From Marsupella aquatica (lineage: Eukaryota > Plantae > Marchantiophyta), in assembly GCA_973895155.1 (NCBI GenBank), contig OZ316896.1, positions 14,230,584 through 14,294,583 of the forward strand: a DNA stretch of 64,000 bases, read 5' to 3'. The translations under genes and the position numbers were made by a program. The first letter of the stretch is position 1, and each line of letters starts with the position of its first letter. This document shows positions 1-10,630 of the stretch, one piece after another. Below the pieces are notes generated by a model. That model was not told the DNA's origin. It saw only the letters and a list, made by a program, of their open reading frames with translations, and did not search any database.

Positions 1-8
1 AGATTAAG

Positions 9-3000
9 TCAACTACACTGCAACGGAATCAAACTCCTTACTTCAGCAACAGTCAGAATTGGCTGCTTCACAAGATCGTCTCTGTCTAGATTCAGTGAGA
101 ACTTGTTTAAGTACACCTAGAGGAGGTGTTTACAAGACATATAGGGTCTTCCTCTCGTGTGTCTCTTGTAGAAGTCATCACATGAGCAAGAAGGAAAGCA
201 ACACACTTGGACCCAGTACTTGTGTGCAATTTTAGAATCTGTCTCATGAGTGACGATAAGATATTGCCATCCCCACCCGTTTCCGAGGCATATCTTCTCA
301 CTTCCAATGACTCTCATATGTTTGTCAGTCGCAGATCGAATGCGTTTGAGAAGCTCCGGGGTGTTCTGGAAACGTTGACGAACGCCTTTCCCATTCCGGG
401 TCTTGAATCTACGGTTTGGAATACCAATGTCAACTCTTTCTGGGAAGGAGTTCACATCAATTCGGAGGTCAACACGATTTGGAGAGGAGAACGACCCAAT
501 CGGTGCTGGATCAGAGTATGATAATCCTTTGATTTCAATCCCATTTCGAAGAAGAAAGTCAATCTCTGTTGGGGTCAACCTGGTCCCACGCTGGACTTGC
601 AAAGCCTCGGGTGGTTCCGGAAGCTGGGCAAGAGTCCTTCTGCCACCTGTTTTATGGCACCTATTATTCGGACAGAAGTATAGAAGCTAACGATGTGGAG
701 ATGACAACCTCAATCCGTGAATCGCAACACCAACCACTCCAGCCCGGAATGCCTTCATTCTAGTTTCTTTGATGAGATTCCTGCACTCATCTCTTCCAAA
801 CACACTTCGGTCCACTCGTCCATTGCAAACAGGTCCACTCCCTTTTCCACTCCGCCTCAAGTGCCAGGTCCCATATGTCACATCAACCTCTTCAACAAAA
901 GGGATCCTTCGGGGTGCATCCCAAATTTCATCCCGATTATTTTGAGGCTGTGGTATTTCTCCAACGTAGTTCGGGTCCTGTGTTGTATCTCCACGGCTAA
1001 GATCTTCACCATCATCTGATATATTTATAACTTCACGAGGAAGAGAAGGTCCATGGCAAGTGGGGTTGTCTTCATCGCCAGGAAAGTCTGAAGGTCCACC
1101 AATATCAGAAGCACCGCTGAAGTTACCAAATTTTGTGTAAAGATTTCTCCTTTTCAAACTAGACCGCGACGCCATTGTGCGCAATATCTTATCATGTCTA
1201 TGAGAATCGTTTTCATGAATAGAAGCAGAAGCACTACCCTTCCGTTTTCCTGACGTTGTTCTAAGATCTCCATGTAAAGGCACAGTTCTATAGAACTCAT
1301 ATTTTCCAGATGATTCAAATAGTAGATTGGATGCCTTCTCATAGGCATCCATAGACCCCATTGTATCTGCATTTCTGAAGGCCAGCTCAAATATTGTAGG
1401 ACCATTCCCACGGTGACACCCTTCCAAGTATGCAGTGAACGCTGCAATCTGTCCAGCTGCTCGATTCTGGTCAACTTCACAGGCTTCAATCAAACCAATT
1501 TTCTTCTTCGGCTGGCAGGAACGCATTGATGCGTGAGCAGATTCAGCTCCAGCACAGTTTGGCATCAGAGCAGACTCCTTCGCAGTTTGCGTCTGAAAAA
1601 TGAGCAGAGTTAACACTTGTATTCACTAGCGATATGTCTATTTTGAGACAGTCTAATGTTTCAGTCGGTGACCAAAATACATTTACGAAAGAAGTTTTAT
1701 TGCTAGCGATCTCGCTAGCTTAAACTCATCAGAAAGAATTCGCCGTTACTCACCACACGAATAAAGTTACCCCATTGTCTCCACCGCACAACCCACCATG
1801 AAATCCACCCTTGTAGTGATTTAAGCTTGGATGGGTGACAATTCCCCTCTTTCCACCATTTTTGAATGTCTTCGGCGATACGATATGCTTCGACGTATGT
1901 TGGAGAAATTCTTAACTTCTCCCACATCTTATAGTGCTCCGCATTACACCCCTCCTTGATCCCCTCCAAAGTGTGTCTTCTGAGGGATTGAGAGAGATGG
2001 AAAGCATCACTATGCTCTTTCAGAGGATTTCTGACACCCCCAAAAAATACCCTTCTCACAGAAATCCAGCCAGCCTCTGCATTGTCTGCTATGAATCCTC
2101 CAATAATGGGATTATGCACTCCATTCTAGGATGCGACATCTACCATTAACCTCCACGCAGTTTCAAGCGACTCTGTGTCTTCGGCTCTCAACTCGCAAGT
2201 GAAAATTGTACACAGAGCACGGTAATTATGGTCATACACGTGTGCGCTGAAGGTCAACCATCCACTAGTGATACGATGCATCACGTCAAAACTGACCCAC
2301 AAACCTTCCAATGCTCCTCCAGCCTCCATGCTCCTCAAAATTTCCACACCCGATCCAGGACCATTTGTACTCATTTTGAATACATGCGCTCGATCATTTT
2401 TGTTTCCTTGACCGGGAAACAGGTACCTCTACACGAAAGGGAAATTGTTACCTGATTGCATTTCACGAAGTGAGTCAAGTTCTCCTTTTTTAGGATTATC
2501 CATCTTCACACTCCGAAGAATAGCTTGGAACTTTGGAGCGGTAGAAACTACTCCGATCGAACTCCAAATTTCTTGTTGTTCTTCTCTCGACAACTGAGCC
2601 GATGATTCTGGATGCAATAGCAAGACAAGGTTCCCAATTGACTGGTTTCTCAGACGTGCGGGAGTTGAGACTGGATTCAACCGATGGACCCCTAAAACAA
2701 CATCTTCCGCTGTTTTTCTCGCAGAACGAGATTTTCCCTTCCAAACAGGTGATCGTGGAATCCCATATGCACAGCCAATCTGGACATATGCATTGAAATG
2801 TGACTCTCCAAACCTGGCTTAGGGTAAACATACAACAGTTTTGCCGGGCATTCTCAAATACAGAGAGGCCTCTCTTCACAGAAGCCACAGACAAGTCCGC
2901 CCTCACTCACTTGCTCTCCAAGACGAAAGATGTCAGTCAGCAACCCTTTCCCTCTGAAAGCGCAGTCATTTTTGACTCCAATATGTTTCAACTTCCGGCA

Positions 3001-3822
3001 ACCCAAATTATGGCATTCGAGAATTCCAGCGCAACGAACTTTCGACACAGCCCAATGAAACCTTGGCTTCAAATTCGCAGATGTAGTGACTAGTCTCGTC
3101 CAAGGATAGCCGTCCTTCTCTCGATCCATATCTTGGAGACCTCCTCCCCTCCCAGCCCCCTCGACTGGAGGAAGTTCAAAAACAACGTTACCATTGTATG
3201 TCGATGGCAGAGTCGAAACCTGACATTCATTCCATTGATTCCCTCTTCTAAATTGTGCAAGTTCACTCGCTCCAGTGATATTGAGAAAAGCGTCATAGCC
3301 ACTCATCCGATACACTGTGGTCATGCTATCCCCAGTCCTTTCAATCAAATTTGTCGCTAACCCTTCGGGTTCCCCGGAACCATCTCGTGACTTCATCGAA
3401 CCACAAGATGTGTCTTGCCTTATACTCTCTGGAGATATTTCAATGACCTCGGGAGCTCTGTCTTTGGGAGGCGTCCCAAGATCAATCACAGGAGTTTGAT
3501 GAACGGGATCCAATTCCATGGGTTCCAAAATGACATCAGGAAAACCATCTTTACTCGACATAACCTCGACACAAGATCCAACCTTCAGCGTCCAGACCTT
3601 CCCGGAAGTACTACTGTCCTCTCTCAACTCGTGACTCCGTGGCCCATTTTGAGAATACAACTCAAACAACTTCATGACAAGGTCATCTTTTGGAATTCCA
3701 AAATGAGTTGCAAGGAATGACTCTGTCACCCTAACCTCCGACGAGTCAGGGGCACTTGGGAGTACCACCACGTCTCCCATCATTCTACGCTCCAAAACCA
3801 CCTTGGAATTCATCGACATCAT
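9..3822 (-). pseudogene. MULE-family transposase (GCM/WRKY-like Zn domain, DDE core, C-terminal SWIM finger), disrupted
   Basis: ORFs 2854-3822, 2429-2680, 2126-2374, 1715-2119, 687-1616 and 117-602 join across five in-frame stops (2854, 2429, 2126, 687, 117), one 1-nt frameshift (~2748) and a GT-AG intron (1753-1593). Motifs: CAGILECHNLGC..CGFC..C..HDH (GCM-like), VSFDVMH, FIADNAEAGWISVRRVF, D(2)H (DAFH), AESAH, CSCDDF..CKHL (SWIM). Confidence 0.85.
1702..1719. promoter_or_regulatory. 18-bp palindrome GCTAGCGATCTCGCTAGC in transposase intron
   Basis: Perfect 8-bp inverted arms with 2-bp spacer. A weak 12/18 copy lies at 1625-1642 in the same intron. Function inferred. Confidence 0.7.
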
Positions 3823-4001
3823 CTCTTCTCAGCATACAAAAATACAACGACTATGTTTTGAATCGCCCATACGAATCCTATTTGCAGGACCAAAACTGGG
3901 TTTTTTCCCAACGGAAACAACAATCCGAACAGATTGTTAATCTGTTCCCGTTGATTTTACCGTTATTTTGTCTTTTACTCAACGTATAGGACGTCTCCCA
4001 T

Positions 4002-4019
4002 GCTAGCGATCTCGCTAGC
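4002..4019. promoter_or_regulatory. 18-bp palindrome GCTAGCGATCTCGCTAGC in divergent promoter region
   Basis: Exact copy of the 1702 motif. Confidence 0.7.
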
Positions 4020-4095
4020 TTGGTTTTGATAGTTTTATGGCAAGAAAACCGTTGATTTCAACTCTTTTTAAGGATATTTGTGTCATTGAGTTTAT

Positions 4096-4113
4096 GCCAG
4101 CGATCTCGCTAGC
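4096..4113. promoter_or_regulatory. 18-bp palindrome variant GCCAGCGATCTCGCTAGC in divergent promoter region
   Basis: 17/18 match, 94 bp from the previous copy. Confidence 0.7.
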
Positions 4114-4501
4114 CAAAAAGTCAAACTGATTTTTGACTAAGTTTACCGTTAGGATTCCGTTGGGAATAGTCAACGGGTACCATAATGTCAACGGTACAAA
4201 TTACACGGGACACCTGGAGTATTTTGTATGGATAAGATTATCGGTCGTGAAGGTTGTTCTTTGTGTTTTCCAAAAAGTACAACTAGTGGTCCCTGCCAGG
4301 AGATTTATGTTATTCCTTACATCGTACTGTCGATCATTGTCAGTATTCACTATCGTAACTTTGTAAGGCTTCGGAGGGAATTCGTAGCAGTTTGTACGGC
4401 TGTCCTAATTCTCCGAAAGGAGGTGGTCTGTGGACGTTTTTGACGCGTGCAACCGCTGTAGTCTCCGGGCTCGAGCACTCTTCTCCGAAGGGTTTTATTT
4501 C

Positions 4502-7500
4502 ATGGAGTCATCGTTGTCTCCAGAGAGTATTTCTTCGAGAGGATCATTTCAGTCGAGGGAGTCGACAAGGAGAGAAACTAGGTCCACAGCGAACAAGAAA
4601 GCGCTTGCAGCGGGATTGAAGACTCCAAGGCGGCCCAAGATGGTGACAGCGGTAGATGTAGTTGCTCTTGTGTTTGATCCGAGCGCTTCGGAACCTTACA
4701 TGGTTGTCATAAACCGTCATCTTCACTCGTTTGGAGTGAATGAGTTCGGATTTGCATTGGCTCCCCCCCGAATTCCTCTATGCCGGATGAGAAACATGCA
4801 GATTGTCCGGTCTCTGCAGAAGGATTCCATTGCGATAGACACATTGAAGTCCGAGTTCAAAACCCAGGGTTACATCGAGGATGCCCCTCGATTTTACGTT
4901 CATATGACAAACGAGGATGGAGAAATCCAGATCTGTACAGATGCCATCCGCGAAACTTGGGATGATATTTGGGTGTTGCAAAACGAGGAGTTTGAGCGCG
5001 AATGTGATTCTCATGTTTCTTTCCAGATCCTCAAGGACAAAATGTTCTGTGTTTTCGATGGGAACCACCGATTGTATTCGTGGAGTCAATTGGCGGAGGA
5101 ACATCTGGATGATATTAAGTACCATCCTCGAGTGGTCTGCAAGATCTTTAAGGGTGAAAAGAACTCATTCGTTCAGATCGAGTCGGCTATGCACGCATTG
5201 AACAGGTGGGACTTCTCATGATAAGATAGTTCTGAAATTTCATTTTTACCAGGTCACTTTCAGCTAGCGATCTCGCTAACATGAGGCATGTTGTGGCAGG
5301 TTAACTCAATATCATGTAGAGAATTCCTGGGTTTTGGAGGCTGAACGCGTCCAGAAGATTCTGAACAATGACTTATCCGTTTACAAAGATATCATCGACG
5401 CTGAGAATTACAAACTTTTCCAGCAGAAGATGGCCAATGTGCGGAAGGCGGCATGGTATTCGAAGAACATGACGCTGGATGCTTGCACTTATATTCTATC
5501 CGCTGCTAACATTGCATCGCAGACCGAGGACCTGAAGAAGAAATTTGCTCTTAAGGAGACTCAAGGCGAGCCCCTTTCCAAGGCTGCACAGGACTTAGCA
5601 ATGCATGACATGATGAAAGAACAACTTGCTGATTGGAATGTGAAAGTTCCAAAGATCGGTCCATTACTAAATCCAGAGTTTGGAGACTTTTTCAAGAAAT
5701 GTGTCAAAATGCATAACTACTGCGAGAACGAGAGAAAGGAGGCCCAGAGAACAGATGATAAAGGCAGGGGAAATGTTTCTTGTGGTCTTGATCGAGCTCA
5801 ATTGTTCACTGGTGTGACCTCTTTATCCCCAGAGCTCCGATGTACACTCCTGGAGGCACAGTGTCATCCTGAGCTTCGGAAAAAATTCTTTCATCCAGGT
5901 CAATTCTCAGATGGTGAGACTAAGCTTTGGCTTCATCGTTGGGCAGTGTGGGAGCAAGTCGAGTCAATTTCGTCTTCCCTCATGTCTGAAATTGTTTATG
6001 AGGTAATGCCTACTGTCCCTGAGTCGAGGATCCTTACGTCTTCAAAGAAGACGAAAGCTTCGCTAATCCTTGACATTGAGGAGGATTTTGAGGATTTCCA
6101 AACTCGTGTGAAAACTCGTTTCTTCAAGCAGATTTGGCCACCCAAGACAGGAGAGAAGGTAGACATTACATTGTTTCGGAGGAGAGCGAAGAGATACACG
6201 TATCGATTTTTTGTAGACAGAGAAGTAGTAGACAAATTTTACTGGTGGTCCTACCCAGCCTGTTTCTCCCCATGGATAGTCGGGGTTAAAGAGGACCCTA
6301 CAAGTGATAAGTTTGGGGAATATTGTATGTTTCCATGCGAGGGAAGTGAAGCTCCGAGGAGATTGAGCAAGTGGGAGGTTCTTCATTGTCCATGGTATTT
6401 GGACTCGGACAAATGGTCTGTGACATTTGACACTGCAGAGAAAGCAGCTCTTCACGTGATCAATCGAGGATTCCTTCCGGAATCTTACATCTCCGAGTCC
6501 AAATTGGCACCCACTGATGCTGAAGTTGGTGGTTGCGAGGCGATGGAAAAAGCTTGTCTTGGTGTAGCTGCCATAGTGGATAGGAGTCGAGCACGGAAGC
6601 CAAGAAAAGGAGCATTGAAGGACACATCCAAAGATGGGTCCCAGATTTCCGGAAAGCCAAGTAAGTCTGTTAATTGTATGTTACTTTTTATTTTTAAGTC
6701 CGGATGGGTGTTGAATATACAGACACTAATGTCTTTTTCTTCACAGAGAGGAGGAAGGGAGCGGCTTCTGAGAGTTTGAAGAGTGGAGCAGATGATGGTG
6801 AGGAACCTCAGTCCCCAGATGCCGAAGTCACAACAAAGAGCGCAGTGGATTTAGGAAGTATAAAACGTTTGAAACGGAAGCGGAACATCCAGATTCTTTC
6901 AGATTCCGACGATGAGGAAGTTTCAGTTGCTCAAGGTGTTGCTCGGATGTGTGGTTTGAAGATGGATGGGCAGCGACATTTCCTGGCTCGTAGCAATTTG
7001 ACCGATACTGCAAACTCAATTAGTGTAAGTAAAGTGAGGCCATCTTGGATGGGAGATGGAGATCGATGGATTACTGGGATGTCGAAGAGCGTAGAGTGCC
7101 CGAACCATGTCGTAATTAATGGAAAGCCGTATGCTGGGATTGGAGCACATTTGGGATTCATTTCTCTTCCAACTGGGCATAGAACAAGCGTTACAGACAA
7201 ACAGGTTCCGTCTTGGAATGTTTGGAGCGAGAAACTCCCATATTATTTTTTTGGAGTGATGAGACCAATGCTTTCAGACGACGGATATGTTGCTGTCTTG
7301 CACAGCTCAGACTTCAATCACATGAGGCAAATATTTACGGTAGTTGAGCAAAAAAACAAATTCAAACATGTGCAGCAATATACCGTTTTGTTGTCCACCC
7401 CTTTATGGAGGGCAGATATGGATATTGAGGTAGTTATCCCTTTAATTTCTTGAGAGTTTTAATGCTAGTGATGTTGCTAACAAAATTATAATTTTTAGGT

Positions 7501-8565
7501 ACCAAACATATCTGGTTTAGGTGACTGTTAATTTTCTATTTTCCGACTAGGTTAATGCTAGCGAGCTCGCTAACAAACTTAGCATTGTTTCTGATGTATT
7601 TTAGTTTTTATGCAGGTGTGCACTCTCATCCTGGATGTTTTTTGTCGGGTGGAATTTAGTGCAAAGATTCCTAAAGACCCAGCGTATGTTCCATTGACAT
7701 CTTCGGAAGATGCAAGACATAAGTCAATGTTGAGTGTTTGTTACCCTAAGACTGACCCCTGTCCAGAAGCGGCTGTTGCTGGATCGAAAAGGCTTTCAAT
7801 TGGGTTCATGCAAGCCATGATGGAATTCCTCACGAAGCCCAAAGATATAGTCCTTGACTGGACTGTGTGTGACGGTAGCTCGTTTTCTGCCGGAGAATTC
7901 TCCGGGAGATTTGTTGTTGGTGTTGAAGACAGGGACATTCTCCATTGCTGTGCAGAAAAAACTTTAAACAGTGTTCTGGCGAGGCATTCGAGCAAGGCAA
8001 AACAGATTAGGGATCAGCCAGCCAAGGTTAATCAAGACGCTGGGTCGGATGATGAGTTCACGATTCCAGGGGATGAACAGGCTGGGCCTTCAAGCGAGAA
8101 AGACAAATTCGACCTGGAGTAAAGTACTTGGCCTCTTCTGATGTCGGACTCCCTATTTGGTTTCTTTTGTTTTCTTTATTTTGTTGCTCTTCGTCAACTG
8201 ATGTCGGTGGTTGCGTCAGTGATAGGAGGGTGGATTGGTTTTCTGAGGAGAGATTTCATCTTCGGAGGGAAGTCCAGGAGTCCATTGTGGTTACTCCTGA
8301 GAAGCCTTTTACTCTTCCGTGCTATGCTGAGACATCGGCGAGGCAGGTTGATGAAGATCCTGTTGTCTTGACTTGGGAGGCGAAAGGACTTCGGTCCATG
8401 AGAGGTGCTCGAAGATATCTGGATTGTTCAAGGTTTATCGACAATGAGGCGGGGACAGTCCGTCAGTATTTAGATGAGTCTGCCGAGTCCACGGAGAGGG
8501 AGACCAGTAGCGATCCTAGTAGTAGTGACATCTCAGATGAATCAGAGGATGAAGTTTATGACTGA
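4502..8565 (+). CDS. ParB/Srx-like N-terminal domain + degenerate beta-class N4/N6 DNA methyltransferase fold + acidic tail, ~1198 aa
   Basis: Exons 4502-5205, 5300-6660, 6747-7429, 7616-8118, 8220-8565 with GT-AG introns give one open frame of 3597 nt (1084 aa ending at 8122 if the last intron is retained). ParB-like: IPLCRM..VRSL..LKSEFKTQGY..FCVFDGNHRL. MTase-like: HLGFISLPT..MLSDDGYVAVLH, then KRLSIGFMQAMMEFLTKPKDIVLDWTVCDGSSFSAGEFSGRFVVGVE (catalytic motif before SAM-binding motif, i.e. beta order). Confidence 0.8.
5263..5280. promoter_or_regulatory. 18-bp palindrome variant GCTAGCGATCTCGCTAAC in intron 1 of ParB/MTase-like gene
   Basis: 17/18 match. Its CTAAC end lies 19 nt upstream of the intron end, at branch-point position. 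Confidence 0.7.
7464..7574. promoter_or_regulatory. Two palindrome variants in intron 3 (GCTAGTGATGTTGCTAAC 7464-7481; GCTAGCGAGCTCGCTAAC 7557-7574)
   Basis: Starts 93 bp apart. The first copy has both CpGs changed to TpG. Confidence 0.65.
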
Positions 8566-8858
8566 ACAAGTAAGAGTAAGTAGGACTGGATGTACTGGTC
8601 GAGGTCAACTCTTACCGTTTTTCTGTCTTGAAGTTGTTGGCAATCCACACTTTCAATGTAAAGAGGTTCCATATTTTGATGGGAGTTTCTAGTTTTGGTG
8701 ATCCTTTTTAGATGGTTAAAATGTGTGTGGCTCAAGTATGGAATACTTATGAAAATCATGCAGGATTTTTCATTGTCATATTCTTTTCATTATTGTAAGA
8801 GGTGGAAAATTGATACTGTTTTGGCATTGTTTTCGTGGAATGTGAGAGAAATTTATCC

Positions 8859-8894
8859 GCTAGAATGCTTCGCTAACAATGTTGCCTCGCTAGC
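8859..8894. promoter_or_regulatory. Degenerate palindrome copy plus half-site near the presumed right end of the element
   Basis: GCTAGAATGCTTCGCTAAC (8859-8877) and TCGCTAGC (8887-8894). Confidence 0.45.
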
Positions 8895-8939
8895 AAAATC
8901 TCCTGTTTCCTCGCATCGTACAATTCCTCACGGGCTTGA

Positions 8940-9715
8940 TGGAAAGAGCTCTCGGAGCTGATTCCAACAAGAGACGGCGCTCCTCAAACGGAGCCAAGAT
9001 GAGTAAGTTAGGGCCCGACGAAGTTAGTAAGTACGTGAAACTAAAACGACCATAACTTGGTCGTCCGACGTCCATTTCGGGAGCGGTTTGGTGATTCATG
9101 ATCAGGGGGAGCAGGGCTACCCAGGGGTGAGATCAGAGGTGCAATAAGAGTGGCACCTAGTTTCGGCAATTGTGGGGTCCCTTGCATTTTCGCGGTTCAC
9201 GGAGCGATGTTGGGGCGCCATCGAAGGCACCATCGGTCCCATTGTTAGATTGGGGTTTTAGGAGCATGTGTGTGCCGCATGCTTTAGGATTAGGGATTTC
9301 TTCATGGAGGGTTTTAGCGGCGCCGCGAGGGTAGCCGCCACCTTTTTGACCCCGTGAGAGGTGCTTTGGTGTGTTTGTTTTCAGTATTTAGGGGGAGAGC
9401 CCTGGAGTAGTGGGGAGGAACTCAGTCTAGTGTTGGTTTAGGGAAGTGATCTCATAGCCAGAAGAGGGAATCAAGCCAGAGTAGTGAGGTAGAGGTGTAG
9501 CACTTGCCCCAATAAGGCAAGAGTTGGGCAAACGGCAGGAGGCCGGGTTGTCCTTGCAATGTGTTATGATTTGTCGGCCTAGAGTGCAGTAAAGCTCTCA
9601 TGTGTTCCTGTGGACGTAGCCTCATGTGGAGGTGAACCACATATCTCCCTGTGTCGACTCTTGTGCGTTAGATGATTCATGGGCTTGCCATTGCGATTGT
9701 CGTCTATGCTCAACA
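8940..9715 (+). mobile_element. LTR fragment (3' end intact, 5' end uncertain)
   Basis: The last ~140 bp, ending GTCGTCTATGCTCAACA, match the 3' end of the solo LTR at 17632-17975 and of the copia LTRs. No matching TSD found. Confidence 0.6.
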
Positions 9716-9779
9716 CATCTCTGGTATGTGTATTTTTCAGAGGAGTTCTTAACACTGTGCATTTTTATATTGGGTGATC

Positions 9780-10630
9780 TGTGAGAGGAGTTATTAACAA
9801 CCATGCAGTTGTATAGGGGGTTATCACATCTGCTTGCTATGGGCCTACCTAACTTCATGCTCATGTGAGAAACCTTGTGATAAGAGAGGACCTTCTTTGG
9901 TGTGTTACAAACATAGAGACCATATTAATTGTTCATGATCCTACTGCTCAAGCTTTCTTAGGGACTTTGGTACACATGCAATGGGAAATTATGCTTGATT
10001 GGCTTGGTCCTCCACTAGAAAGATTACACATTGATATTCCCATGATACAAGATGGTTGCTAGGCAAACCTTGGCTGATGTTGTGATGGTCAACCTTTACT
10101 TTAGGAGATCATGGGGATATTAGCAACACAAGCAAGGGCAGGGACTTTGGTACACATGCAATGGGAAATTATGCTTGATTGGCTTGGTCCTCCACTAGAA
10201 AGATTACACATTGATATTCCCATGGTACAAGATGGTTGCTAGGCAAACCTTGGCTGATGTTGTGATGGTCAACCTTTACTTTAGGAGATCATGGGGATAT
10301 TAGCAACACAAGCAAGGGCAGCAGCAACACGGGCAGCAACGATTAAATAGGCAAAACATGGAGCATGAGCGCCATCAGATAACTTACTCCCACTTGCTAT
10401 TATGATCTTTGGAGACTTTTATCATCACTTCGATGGGCTCCTTCGACAAACAGCTCAAGACATTCACGAACAGGCAGGTTACATCAGTCCACCACCATCC
10501 ATTTCAACAACACACTTTTGTCAAACTCAAACTATCTATCAGAGATCTCTGATCATGGGTATGTGTGCCTCAGCAAACACTTGCCCCATTGGAATCTATG
10601 TCCCACTTGCATACTTAGTTACAAAACTAA
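9780..10630 (+). mobile_element. Degenerate RLE-type (CRE/R2-like) non-LTR retrotransposon remnant
   Basis: Frameshifted CSCEKPCD..LWC..IVHD resembles a CCHC knuckle plus RHD-like motif. Similar to 24600-25340 on the other strand. Confidence 0.4.
9961..10320 (+). repeat. 180-bp tandem duplication
   Basis: 9961-10140 and 10141-10320 are identical except for one visible A/G difference. Confidence 0.95.

Larger units (their letters stand above)
1..8935. mobile_element. Mutator-like (MULE) DNA transposon with two divergent genes; left end outside window, right end approximate
   Basis: MULE-type transposase pseudogene (-) head-to-head with a ParB/MTase-like gene (+). An 18-bp palindrome recurs throughout its non-coding parts and is not seen after ~8900. 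TIR/TSD cannot be checked because only one end is in the window. Confidence 0.75.

Noticed and set aside
4430-8565. ParB/MTase gene as bacterial contamination or a prophage/plasmid partition locus
   Set aside because: It has four phase-consistent spliceosomal introns and is linked to a eukaryotic MULE transposase; no ParA is seen
1702-8894. Dispersed 18-bp palindromes as a CRISPR-like array or rho-independent terminators
   Set aside because: Irregular kb-scale spacing, eukaryotic intronic context, no cas genes, no consistent U-tract
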